The translations under genes and the position numbers were made by a program. 64,000 nucleotides of DNA from Myxococcota bacterium (GTDB lineage: Bacteria > Myxococcota_A > SURF-8 > G963663525), in assembly GCA_963676915.2 (NCBI GenBank), contig CAXXVK010000073.1, positions 1 through 64,000 of the forward strand, in the 5' to 3' direction. The notes under the pieces were generated by a model. It saw nothing but the letters and a program-made list of their open reading frames with translations. It searched no databases and was not told the origin of the DNA. Numbering within the stretch: the first letter of the stretch is position 1; each line of letters opens with the position of its first letter. Positions 30,455 to 39,820 of the stretch are shown here, one piece after another.

Positions 30455-31348
30455 ATGAGCCTGCTCGGAACGATCCTTGCCATAGCGCTGCTGTATGTGG
30501 CCGTACACTTCGCCCTTTCGGGATTTCTGTTCTTTTTGCTCTGGTTCGATACCGCCAATCGGCTACAAACCGGAGGAGATGACGAGTTGTCGTTCGCTCC
30601 CGATCGCTGGATCGATGCATGGATCGCTGAAGCGCTTTCCAGCGCTTATATGATTCTGCTGCTTCCCCTTGGTTGGTTGGGATTGCGCAACGACAAAACC
30701 AACGCCGACCTCGGCAACGATGCCCCGCCGGTGCTTTTCGTACACGGTTGGATGATGAACGGCTCTTGCTGGTGGCCGATGATCAAAGAGTTAAAAAAAC
30801 GCAGAAAAACCCGCAAGTTGTACACAATGAGCCTCCATCCTACGTTTGCGTCGATTGCCGACTATCCGGCTTTGGTTCACGAACAGGTCGAAAGCCTTTG
30901 TCGCCTGACCGGGCACGACAAAGTGGTGCTGGTGGGACACTCCATGGGTGGGTTGATCATTCGCCGATACCTGGCCGATTATGGTCCCGAGCGGGTAGAA
31001 AAAGCGATTTCGCTGGGTTCCCCGCACCATGGCACACGCCTGGCGATCATCTCCCACAGTCGCAACGGAAAACAGATGAAGCTCGACAGCAAGTTTCTTA
31101 TCGATCTGGCTGACCGTGACCGGTATCGAGAGATCGAATTCCACAGCTTCTATTCGGTACATGACAACTACGTCTGGCCGTTCACGACTTCCAAGCTGGA
31201 CGGTGCACAGAACCACCGGCTCGAAGGTTACGGACATACCCGCCTGCAACTGGCTCCCGAAGTGATCGATCGCTTGGAAGATTTGGTCTATTTCGGAACA
31301 ACCGACTCCGAATCGGTTCAAAATCCCGTGCCGGGACTCGAATCCTGA
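30455..31348 (+). CDS. Membrane-anchored alpha/beta-hydrolase (lipase/esterase)
   Basis: N-terminal TM helices, PVLFVHG, GHSMGG, LGSPHHGT, late Asp and GH. Confidence 0.85.
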   Translation: MSLLGTILAIALLYVAVHFALSGFLFFLLWFDTANRLQTGGDDELSFAPDRWIDAWIAEALSSAYMILLLPLGWLGLRNDKTNADLGNDAPPVLFVHGWMMNGSCWWPMIKELKKRRKTRKLYTMSLHPTFASIADYPALVHEQVESLCRLTGHDKVVLVGHSMGGLIIRRYLADYGPERVEKAISLGSPHHGTRLAIISHSRNGKQMKLDSKFLIDLADRDRYREIEFHSFYSVHDNYVWPFTTSKLDGAQNHRLEGYGHTRLQLAPEVIDRLEDLVYFGTTDSESVQNPVPGLES

Positions 31349-32659
31349 ATGGCTTCCGACGGTCGTAAAACGGAAACGCTTCCTTTGGAACACCGTGCTG
31401 CGGGGTTGTTGCGTCCTTTGTTGGCGTCGCTGGCCTCGGCGCATCCACGGCTTCGTCAAGGAATGCACGAACGCCTGTACCCACCCTGGAAAAACACAGA
31501 ACCCAAACGTGGACCGCGTATATGGATTCATGCTGCCTCGGTGGGTGAGGTTTCGGTGTTGGAAGACTACGTTCGACGCATGAAGCAGAACATTCCCGAG
31601 CTGTTCCTTTTCGTTACCTGCAATACCACGACCGGACAGGCGCGTGCTCGGCGCATGTGTTATCCGCCGGATGCGGTCGCCCTGTTTCCTTTCGATCTTC
31701 CCCCGGCTTTGCGTCGTTTGCTGGATGAGGTGCAGCCCGATCTGATCGTGCTTGTCGAACGCGAAATCTGGCCGGGTCTGATCGCTCTGGCCGAGGCGCG
31801 TTCGATTCCGGTGCAGGTCGTCAACGCCCGTTTGTCGAAGCCATCCGTTGCGGGGGTGCGCTGGCTTCGGAGACGTTACCCGGTTGTAAGCCGTCATCCC
31901 CGCTGGCTCGTGCGAGAGGAAACCGACCTGGCCCATTTGCATGAGGCAGGCATTCCCCTGGAACACATGGCCGTTCATGGTGAAATGCGCCTGGATGCTT
32001 TGTCGGAAATTTCTCCCGGATCGCAATACCCTGAAGCGCCATTCGACGCTTGGCCGCTGTTTGTGGCGGGTTCAACCCATCCTGGAGAAGAAAAAATCCT
32101 GCTCGATGCCTTCCTCCTCGCCAGAAAACGGGAACCGCGCTTGAAAATGCTTGTCGCTCCACGGCATCTCCATCGTTGTCGGGAGATTCTGTCCCACATC
32201 GAGAATCTGGAGTTGAAGGGCGAAACCGTGTCCCGGACCGAATTCGGTACACTGCCGGATGTACTGGTGCTCGATCGCATGGGCGAGTTGCTCGACTGGT
32301 ACGATCGTGCGTCACTGACCTTTGTCGGCGGTAGCCTGATCGAAGGGGTGGGGGGGCACAACGTATTGGAACCTCTCGCGAAACTCCGTCCGGTTCTTTT
32401 TGGAAAATATTGCACGAATTGGACGTCCTGGTGTGCTATGATAGACAGGTACGATGCGGGTAGCTATGTGACGCAGGCAGCGGATATCGCTGAAAAAATC
32501 CTGCTCGTACTTGGGAATCGGCAGGATGTCGGCCGTGCGGTCAAGCTGTGTTGGATCACCGTACAAGGTCGGAACGGCGCAAGTGACCGTAACGTTCGAG
32601 CCGCTCGGCAGGCGCTTGATGGGGAGGATCCCTGTGTCTGGAACGACTCACTGGTATAA
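31349..32659 (+). CDS. waaA: Kdo transferase
   Basis: IWIHAASVGE, EREIWP, NARLS, AGSTHPGEE, APRH, GGHNVLEP. Confidence 0.9.
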   Translation: MASDGRKTETLPLEHRAAGLLRPLLASLASAHPRLRQGMHERLYPPWKNTEPKRGPRIWIHAASVGEVSVLEDYVRRMKQNIPELFLFVTCNTTTGQARARRMCYPPDAVALFPFDLPPALRRLLDEVQPDLIVLVEREIWPGLIALAEARSIPVQVVNARLSKPSVAGVRWLRRRYPVVSRHPRWLVREETDLAHLHEAGIPLEHMAVHGEMRLDALSEISPGSQYPEAPFDAWPLFVAGSTHPGEEKILLDAFLLARKREPRLKMLVAPRHLHRCREILSHIENLELKGETVSRTEFGTLPDVLVLDRMGELLDWYDRASLTFVGGSLIEGVGGHNVLEPLAKLRPVLFGKYCTNWTSWCAMIDRYDAGSYVTQAADIAEKILLVLGNRQDVGRAVKLCWITVQGRNGASDRNVRAARQALDGEDPCVWNDSLV

Positions 32660-33692
32660 TTCGTGGCTGGGTCCGGTATCGGATTGGTACAAGGGTATCG
32701 TTCGTGCACGACGCAGTGCCTACCGCGATGGTCGCCACCCCGCGATGCACCTGCCTCGCCCCGTCATTTCGGTGGGAAACCTCTCTGTGGGTGGTACCGG
32801 AAAAACCCCGGCGGTGATTTTTCTTGCCCGCGAACTCGCTTCCTATGGACATGTGGCCGTGCTCAGTCGTGGGTATCGTCGCCGCTCTCCTCGTACCTAT
32901 CTCACCTTGCCTCGTTCCCGGCGTCTCGATTACGATGCCTGCAAGATTTTCGGGGACGAACCGGTGATGATCGCCTACCAGAACCTGAACAACATCTCGG
33001 TACATGTCGGTGTAGATCGCTACCGTTGCGGCATCATGGCGCTACAACGCACACCCGCCGACGTGTTTCTGCTCGACGATGGTTTTCAGCACATGGGTCT
33101 GCACCGGGATCTCGATATCGTGCTGATCGATGGCACCCGCGATCCGTCCAACCTCGATCTCTTCCCCGCCGGTCCCTTGCGCGAACCGGTGGAGAATCTT
33201 GCCAACGCGGATGTTATCTGGATCACCCGTTGCGCTACCGATGGTTCCCACAAGATCGACCTAAAAAACCTTGCCCGGATTTCTCCGGATTCCCTAGTGG
33301 TTACAAGTCGTTACAAAGCACACAAAGTCTGTAGTCTGGTGGATCATAGCACCTGTTCGCTTACCCAGATCGAAAATCGCAACCTCTTTGCTTTTTGTGC
33401 GGTAGGTACTCCCGAAGGTTTTTACGACACCTTGAGGGAATGCGGCGCAAACCTCACCGGCACCGCCTCGTTTCCCGACCATCATTGCTATACGAAACGG
33501 GAGCTGGAAAAGCTGTTTCGCAAGGCGAAAGCATCCGGCGCTACGGCGCTGATCACCACCGAAAAAGACGCCGTACGGGTGGAAAACAGCCCGGGTTGGC
33601 CGATGCCGGTACTCGAACTCCGGGTCAAAATCAACCTTTTGTCGGGTTACGAAGCGCTAATGGAGCGCGTACTTGAAACCTGCGGGTTCTGA
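32619..33692 (+). CDS. lpxK: Tetraacyldisaccharide 4'-kinase
   Basis: VISVGNLSVGGTGKTP, LSRGY, GDEP, LDDGFQH, PAGPLREP, FPDHH, TTEKDAVR. Confidence 0.93.
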   Translation: MGRIPVSGTTHWYNSWLGPVSDWYKGIVRARRSAYRDGRHPAMHLPRPVISVGNLSVGGTGKTPAVIFLARELASYGHVAVLSRGYRRRSPRTYLTLPRSRRLDYDACKIFGDEPVMIAYQNLNNISVHVGVDRYRCGIMALQRTPADVFLLDDGFQHMGLHRDLDIVLIDGTRDPSNLDLFPAGPLREPVENLANADVIWITRCATDGSHKIDLKNLARISPDSLVVTSRYKAHKVCSLVDHSTCSLTQIENRNLFAFCAVGTPEGFYDTLRECGANLTGTASFPDHHCYTKRELEKLFRKAKASGATALITTEKDAVRVENSPGWPMPVLELRVKINLLSGYEALMERVLETCGF

Positions 33693-33701
33693 GACTGTCA
33701 A

Positions 33702-33744
33702 TGTGACATAAATCATAACTCTAAATATTATTTTATCGTATAAT
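33702..33744 (+). promoter_or_regulatory. CRP/FNR-family box (TGTGA-N6-TCATA) with a perfect -10 TATAAT: class II activated promoter
   Basis: Box at 33702-33717 (9/10 match to TGTGA-N6-TCACA); TATAAT at 33739-33744; box centre is -41.5 from an inferred +1 at 33751. Confidence 0.65.
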
Positions 33745-33787
33745 TTCAAATGGTTATGTATTTTCAATCAACCCGTTGGTGAAAACT

Positions 33788-34315
33788 ATGAAAATCTCAA
33801 CCCGTCTGCAACTTTTCGTTGTGTTGCTTCCTGTTTTGGTTCTCGGAGGTTGTCTCGGAGAAGATGACGGAGGAGATTCTTCCGGCGACCTGGATCAGTC
33901 TGCCGATACGGAAGAAATCACGGAAACAGACGAGGGTGCGGAAATTTCCACCGAGTCGGAAGCTCCCGAAAACAGTGCCGGCGACCTGGATGACGAATCG
34001 TTTGCCGACGCTGAAGAAACCACCGGCGAGCAGGAAGAAATTCAGGAAAACACGTCACCCGCCGGTCATAGCGAGAATATGAACGGCGTTTTCCACAAAC
34101 TGGGAAAAGATGATCCCCTCGACAATTGTACCTCCTGCCACGGTGCGAAACTCGATGGTGGCGTGCTCAGTTGCTATACCTGCCACAACAATGACGACCA
34201 CACCCGCTCGCATCACGGCGTCCTACACAGAAGCGGAACGTCGAACACCTGCAACGCCTGCCACGGTCCAAACAACAGTGGCGGCCTTGGTCCCGCTTGC
34301 AGTAAATGCCACTGA
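33788..34315 (+). CDS. Tetraheme c-type cytochrome lipoprotein
   Basis: Lipobox LGGC, acidic linker, four CxxCH motifs (CTSCH, CYTCH, CNACH, CSKCH). Confidence 0.85.
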   Translation: MKISTRLQLFVVLLPVLVLGGCLGEDDGGDSSGDLDQSADTEEITETDEGAEISTESEAPENSAGDLDDESFADAEETTGEQEEIQENTSPAGHSENMNGVFHKLGKDDPLDNCTSCHGAKLDGGVLSCYTCHNNDDHTRSHHGVLHRSGTSNTCNACHGPNNSGGLGPACSKCH

Positions 34316-34349
34316 TTGGGATTCCGAAATTACCAGACGAAGTTTTACT

Positions 34350-35132
34350 TCAATACATCACCTGGCAGCGATTGTGCGCGATAAGCTCTTCCTGAATTTT
34401 CTTTCCTTCCAGGTCGTGGATGATTCGCCAGATGCGGTTTTCCCGCATTTTTTGACCGTTTTCTTCGAAAAATCGATGATCTCGTTCTTCAATTTGAATC
34501 TTGTAGCGTGCAGGGAAGACACTGAAGATGCTGCCTGTAAGTTCTCCGTTTTCGATGCGCATTCGAATCTGAAGTTTATCCGGTAATTTGTTTTCGAAAC
34601 GTAAGTCCCGGTAGTTGTAAAAAACCGTGGCTCCGCATCCGAAAGGTACGCGGCGATCACAGTCCGGGAATAGATCCAATCCATGTCGGTGACGTTCTAC
34701 AATCTGCAACCCTGAGTTCAGTGCCAGCCAGTACAGCATGTTGCTAACCATGCAGCAGCCTCCGCCAACACCACCTTGCTTTTCACCATCGTGAAGTTCA
34801 AGTCCTTTGCGGAATCCACGCAGGAGAGAAGGTCGTCCGACCAGCTTATGATAAGAAAATAATCCTTCAGGTTGAATCACTACACCGTCGATGGCTCGAG
34901 CGGCAAGAGCAACATTGCGTTCTTTTCCACGTTGGAGTTTCGGATCGCCTTGGTAATTTGGACGTTTCAGAGGGGATTGAGCTTGGAAAAGAAGGTATGG
35001 AAAGGAGTTGTTGCCGGATTTCTCGATCTGGAGACGCGGAGCCGTAGAAAGATCCTGTATCGTTCGGAGAACGCGTAAGCCTTCTACCCGGAGCCAAAAA
35101 GGAAGGGATCGTTTGAGAGAAAATTTATCCAT
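34350..35132 (-). CDS. VanW-family protein
   Basis: NVALAA..IDGVVIQP..FS, GGGCCMVSN, ERHRH, ATVFYNYRDLRFEN. Confidence 0.85.
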   Translation of the reverse strand: MDKFSLKRSLPFWLRVEGLRVLRTIQDLSTAPRLQIEKSGNNSFPYLLFQAQSPLKRPNYQGDPKLQRGKERNVALAARAIDGVVIQPEGLFSYHKLVGRPSLLRGFRKGLELHDGEKQGGVGGGCCMVSNMLYWLALNSGLQIVERHRHGLDLFPDCDRRVPFGCGATVFYNYRDLRFENKLPDKLQIRMRIENGELTGSIFSVFPARYKIQIEERDHRFFEENGQKMRENRIWRIIHDLEGKKIQEELIAHNRCQVMY

Positions 35133-35172
35133 ATCTTCCTTGAATGGCTAAAAATCAGGTTTTGACCACTCC

Positions 35173-35197
35173 CCCGGCTCGCCTTCGGCGAACCGGG
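35173..35197 (-). terminator. GC-rich hairpin after the tldE-like gene (possible terminator or stability hairpin)
   Basis: CCCGGTTCGCC-GAA-GGCGAGCCGGG on the minus strand; no immediate U tract. Confidence 0.35.
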
Positions 35198-35218
35198 AAG
35201 AGCTTGTTTCGCTACGAT

Positions 35219-36553
35219 TTACGATTTTCCCGAGAATTTCAGAGCTTGGAAGCGCATGGCGGGAGACTGGATCGACATGTAGGGGTAGGGGTCGTTGCCC
35301 ATTTCCTCGATTTTCGGCAGCAATTCCAGCAGGTTGCCCGCTAAATTCATTTCCGTGACGGGAATGAACTCGCCGTTTTCCACATAAAAGCCTCGGACGC
35401 CGGTCGAAAAATCGCCCGTAACCGAGTTGTAGTTACCGCCGATGAAATTGTTGATGTAGATGCCTTTGTCCAGCGCTTTGGCCATTTCTTCGCCCGAGCG
35501 GGTTCCCGTATCGAACAGCAGGTTCGAGCTTCCACCCGTGGTCGGTTCCACACCCTGTTTCCGTGCCCAGTAGGTGTCGAAATAAAAAGTTTTCAATACG
35601 CCTTTTTCGATCACCGGACGGCGTTTGGCAACCATGCCTTCTCCGTCGTATTGCTTGCTGGCCTGTCCTTTGGGCAGCAACGGATCGTCTACGATGGTCA
35701 GAATCGGCGAGGCGATGGCTTTGTCTTTTTTGTCGGCCAGAACGGTCATTTTGCGGTAGACCGATGAACCACCCAACGAGCGCAGCAGCAGTCCGGTCAG
35801 GTAGTCGCCCCAGTAGTTGGCCACGACCACGGGATATTCCCCGGTTTCGATGGGTTTCGAGCCACGCATTTCCAAGGCTCGTTGTGCCGCGGTTTTTCCG
35901 ATGGTTTCGGTATCCGTACGGTCGTTCCAATGTCGCCACGAGCGGTAGTCCCAACCGACCTGCTTGCGGTCTTCTCCGTCTTTGACGTAAGCCGCGCTAC
36001 CAATCGTAAAATTCGTCGAGCGACGTTCACCCACAAAGCCGTCCGAGGTCATCAGTACCCCGGCGTAATCGGATTCTTTGTACTCGGCCTCGGCGTGAAA
36101 AATCTCCGGGTCGGCGCCTTTGGCGGAAGTTGTGATTTTTTTACACAGCGCTTCGCTTTGTTCCTTTTTCGACGAAGCAATGGCCGGATCGAACAATTGC
36201 AGGTCTGCGGAGGGAAGTGGGGAGGTAAAAGCCGCTTCAGGAAGACCACGAGCCGGATCGGGATCGGTCAGCTTGACCATTTCGATGGCTTTGGTTACGA
36301 AATCCTTGACGTTTTCGGCTTTTACGTCCGATGTTCCGAACGAACCGTAGCGACCGTCCACGAAAAGGTCCAGGTCGATGCCTTTCGAATTGCTTTCGGT
36401 CAGCAACTCGATCTCGCCGTTTTTGGTGGAAAGGTTATACGTGCGATTCGTGCCCAACGACAGCCGAACGTGATCGGCACCGGCGCTTTTCGCCATTTTC
36501 AGAGCCGCGCCCGCTTCGTCACGCAGGGTTTCGAGGATATTTTTCGTCGTCAT
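35219..36553 (-). CDS. TldE/PmbA-family protein
   Basis: IVDDP..YDGEG, GVLKTF, NSVTGDFS..G, NLAGN; lacks HExxxH. Confidence 0.88.
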   Translation of the reverse strand: MTTKNILETLRDEAGAALKMAKSAGADHVRLSLGTNRTYNLSTKNGEIELLTESNSKGIDLDLFVDGRYGSFGTSDVKAENVKDFVTKAIEMVKLTDPDPARGLPEAAFTSPLPSADLQLFDPAIASSKKEQSEALCKKITTSAKGADPEIFHAEAEYKESDYAGVLMTSDGFVGERRSTNFTIGSAAYVKDGEDRKQVGWDYRSWRHWNDRTDTETIGKTAAQRALEMRGSKPIETGEYPVVVANYWGDYLTGLLLRSLGGSSVYRKMTVLADKKDKAIASPILTIVDDPLLPKGQASKQYDGEGMVAKRRPVIEKGVLKTFYFDTYWARKQGVEPTTGGSSNLLFDTGTRSGEEMAKALDKGIYINNFIGGNYNSVTGDFSTGVRGFYVENGEFIPVTEMNLAGNLLELLPKIEEMGNDPYPYMSIQSPAMRFQALKFSGKS

Positions 36554-38125
36554 TTACGACCTTCCTTTCATCGAACGTCCGCCCACGTTGACCCGCGAGA
36601 TTCTCAGATGCGGTACGCCGTAGTTTACCGTGACCCTCTGGCCGCCCTTACCGCAGTACCCTGAAGCGCTGTCGGGAACCGCCATGTCGTTCCCGATGCG
36701 ATCCACCCGTGAGAGCGATTCCGGACCGTTGCCGACAATGTTGACATCCTTGATCGGTGCAGTGATTTTGCCGTTTTCGATCAGATAGCCGTAATTGACG
36801 AAGAACGTGTAGTCTCCAGCTCCGATGTTGACCTGTCCGTTGGTGAAATCGATGGCGTAGATGCCTTTTTCGATCCCTTCGAAGACTTCTTCTTTCGAAT
36901 GCGGGCCGTTGAGCATCAGGGTGTTGGTCATACGTGGCAGCGGCGGATGTTTGTACGATTGACGCTTACCGTTGCCTGTAGGTTCGGTCTTGAAGAATTT
37001 TGCCGAAATCCGGTCCTGCATGTAGCCGCGCAACACGCCGTTTTCGATCAGTACGGTACGTTTGGAGGGGCTGCCCTCGTCGTCGAAGCTGATCGAGCCG
37101 TCCCGGTTGGCCAGCGTACCGTCATCCACAATGGTGCAGATGTCGGAAGCGACTTTTTCGCCGATGCGGTCAGCGTAGATCGAGACTTTTTTGCGGTTGA
37201 AGTCGGCTTCCAAACCGTGACCGATGGCTTCGTGAAGCAGAATGCCGGAATGTCCCGGACCCAGCACGACAGGCATTTCTCCGGCGGGAGGTGTGATGGC
37301 TTCCATGCTGATTTCAGCCCTTTTGACTGCTTCCTCGGCGATGGATTCAGGCTTGTTCCCCGCGAAAAATCCCTGGTCGAGCCGTCCGCCTTCGGCGTAG
37401 TAGTTGCGCTCCTGCCGCTCTCCCTTTTTCAGGGTGACGAAGCAACCCAGCGAGGTGCGCGGGCGGGCATCGGTCAGCACCTGTCCATCGGAACGGTAGA
37501 TCATCACCCGGCGGTATTCGTTGCTGTGCCATGTGAGCGCTACCTGCAGAAGGTCCGATTTTTTCCGAGCGGCGGCGTCCATACGTCGCAGGAAATCCAT
37601 TTTATCCGCTACGGGAAACTCGGTCGGAGCGAATTTTATGGGGTAGCGCGATTCCACTTTGACGGCTTTGTAATCCGGCAGGGTTCCTTGTGCCTTGCCT
37701 CGGGCGATCATCGAGGCAGTCTGCGCGGCGCGCAAAAGAGCCTCTTCGGAAAGATCTTCCGTGTAGGCGTAACCCGACTGGTCGCCCACAACCACACGAA
37801 CACCAGCACCAAGCGTTATCGAAGCCGACGCTTCATTGACTTTGCCTTCTTCCAGTCTAAGGGAGTCGTAGGCCGTGTGTTCCAGGTACAGTTCGGCGAA
37901 ATCTCCGCCGTGTTGCAGCGCTCGGCCAATCACGTTTTTGGCGTTTTCATCCGAAACGTTGAAAAACGCCGAGGCATCCGCCAGCGCGTTGATCTGTCCC
38001 GGTTGTGTCGCCTGGAGCGTTGTTCCCCGGGGTTTGGCGCATCCCGGCAGGACCGGTGCCAGGGCGACCAGTCCCGTTCCTACGAGCGCGCCCGAAACGA
38101 ATTCCCTTCGGGTCATCAAATCCAT
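36554..38125 (-). CDS. tldD: TldD metalloprotease with Tat/lipoprotein signal
   Basis: TRREFV twin-arginine motif, LPGC lipobox, GILLHEAIGHGLEAD, PRMTNT, CGKGGQ. Confidence 0.88.
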   Translation of the reverse strand: MDLMTRREFVSGALVGTGLVALAPVLPGCAKPRGTTLQATQPGQINALADASAFFNVSDENAKNVIGRALQHGGDFAELYLEHTAYDSLRLEEGKVNEASASITLGAGVRVVVGDQSGYAYTEDLSEEALLRAAQTASMIARGKAQGTLPDYKAVKVESRYPIKFAPTEFPVADKMDFLRRMDAAARKKSDLLQVALTWHSNEYRRVMIYRSDGQVLTDARPRTSLGCFVTLKKGERQERNYYAEGGRLDQGFFAGNKPESIAEEAVKRAEISMEAITPPAGEMPVVLGPGHSGILLHEAIGHGLEADFNRKKVSIYADRIGEKVASDICTIVDDGTLANRDGSISFDDEGSPSKRTVLIENGVLRGYMQDRISAKFFKTEPTGNGKRQSYKHPPLPRMTNTLMLNGPHSKEEVFEGIEKGIYAIDFTNGQVNIGAGDYTFFVNYGYLIENGKITAPIKDVNIVGNGPESLSRVDRIGNDMAVPDSASGYCGKGGQRVTVNYGVPHLRISRVNVGGRSMKGRS

Positions 38126-38319
38126 GGTATCTCCTTCTCGTTTCCTGCAAGAAGTTGGTAAACGATTCAAACGAAAGCAGTCTCTTCACCGATGCAAGGA
38201 GATTCTACTTTCATCATATTGTTTGAAAATATACCTTCCCGAATGCCGGATGACAATGGCTTCGGAGGACAAAGAATGAAAATTGTCCGAAATGGCAAAA
38301 ATTGTAGGGAATCGACCGA

Positions 38320-39777
38320 TCAGCCTTCTTGACTTTCCTCTGAGGCAATCGGAGTTTCTTCCGGGCGGGAGAGAAAATCGACATAAACCCACATGGCCAG
38401 CAGAAAAGAAAACACGCGAAAGGTACTTTTTAAATCGTAGCTGATCATGGACACCAAAAAGTATCCAATGAACAACGGAAACAACAGGGAACCGTTCGAG
38501 GTTCTGAATTTTGGGATTTTGCGAAAATACCGTATCAAAAAGAAAAGGATGGCAAATCCGGCAATCGAAACGGTACCAACAAGACCTGTTTCGGTAAGTA
38601 GCTCAAAAAGCAAATTGTGTGCATAGGCACCTTCACCAGGAGCAGAGTAGCCATCGATATAGTATCCTCCCAATCCGTGTCCCCAAATGGGTTCTTCTTC
38701 TATTCTTCGAACAGCAGCTTCCCAGTTGGTATCTCGATTGACACGGTGGGCGAAAGATTCCTCTGTGGCGAACATTTTTGTGATGACTTGGTTCTGACTT
38801 TTTAATCCTAACCAGACCACGGTTGTTGAAAACAGGGCAAGGATAATAAAAATCAGCAAGAAAACCCCTTTGTTTTTGTTTTGAAGGAATACCGTACCCA
38901 GTAAAACCATAATTGGAATAAGGACAAACTGCCGCTCTCCTACGGAGTTTAAGAACACAAGGGCAATAAAGGTAAGCAAAACCAAAACGATCAGTTTTCT
39001 ACGGCTCGTTTTTGCGCTGAAATAGCCAAGTAGCAGGATCATTCCGGTGCTGCACATCAATCCGACGGTTTGCAGAGGAGTCAGGATGGTCTTGGCATCT
39101 AAATCTGAAAGAAATGTACGCATACCGGCAAGTTCGAAAATGGTCGTGGGTTTATAACCGGGAATAAGAAAAATCCCACCAGAATACAAAATACTACTCA
39201 TGATGATGCAAAGAAATCCCAACTGGTAAAAGTCGGAATCGGGGTGAGTAATGAGTACATATGTGGAATAAAAGAAAAAGACCAGCATAACGGAAAACAT
39301 CAGTAGCTTGCTTAGGCTGTACCCTGTTTGAGGGCCGTATAAATAGGAGAAGATCATCACCGATTCGACAATGAATGCCCAAACCAATGGCAGGAACCAG
39401 CTCCCCTTGATCTCCTTTCGGATTCCTCCATTATTGATCAATAATAAGATACTCAGCCCCAGAGCGAAGGGGGTTCCAAGACCGACAATACCGAACATAT
39501 TGAAAAAGAATCCGAAAACCGCCGGACCGAATTGAAGAAGAAAAACCGCAACCGTTACCTGGTTTACAGCGAAAAGGGCAAAAAAGGAGGCCAGTATAGC
39601 CAGTGAAAGACCCAGGTATCCGCCAGGGAACCAGAAGAAATAAACCAACAAGAAAAAAATCGAAATGTATGTGGGAAACGCTCGCAGGTGGTCCGTCAAC
39701 AACGTGGATTCCATTGAGGTCGATGGCGGATTTTGGCTCCATGAAGTTGAAGCAGTTGATGTCGATGAAAGGTTCAT
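38320..39777 (-). CDS. O-antigen ligase/polymerase (Wzy_C) family membrane protein
   Basis: Many TM helices; R...W......PIWGHGLGG...YAHNLLFELLTETGLVG; more AT-rich than flanks. Confidence 0.8.
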   Translation of the reverse strand: MNLSSTSTASTSWSQNPPSTSMESTLLTDHLRAFPTYISIFFLLVYFFWFPGGYLGLSLAILASFFALFAVNQVTVAVFLLQFGPAVFGFFFNMFGIVGLGTPFALGLSILLLINNGGIRKEIKGSWFLPLVWAFIVESVMIFSYLYGPQTGYSLSKLLMFSVMLVFFFYSTYVLITHPDSDFYQLGFLCIIMSSILYSGGIFLIPGYKPTTIFELAGMRTFLSDLDAKTILTPLQTVGLMCSTGMILLLGYFSAKTSRRKLIVLVLLTFIALVFLNSVGERQFVLIPIMVLLGTVFLQNKNKGVFLLIFIILALFSTTVVWLGLKSQNQVITKMFATEESFAHRVNRDTNWEAAVRRIEEEPIWGHGLGGYYIDGYSAPGEGAYAHNLLFELLTETGLVGTVSIAGFAILFFLIRYFRKIPKFRTSNGSLLFPLFIGYFLVSMISYDLKSTFRVFSFLLAMWVYVDFLSRPEETPIASEESQEG

Positions 39778-39820
39778 TCGGTTTTTGCCCAGGCTATTGT
39801 TCCGATAAATCAGGAACGTT

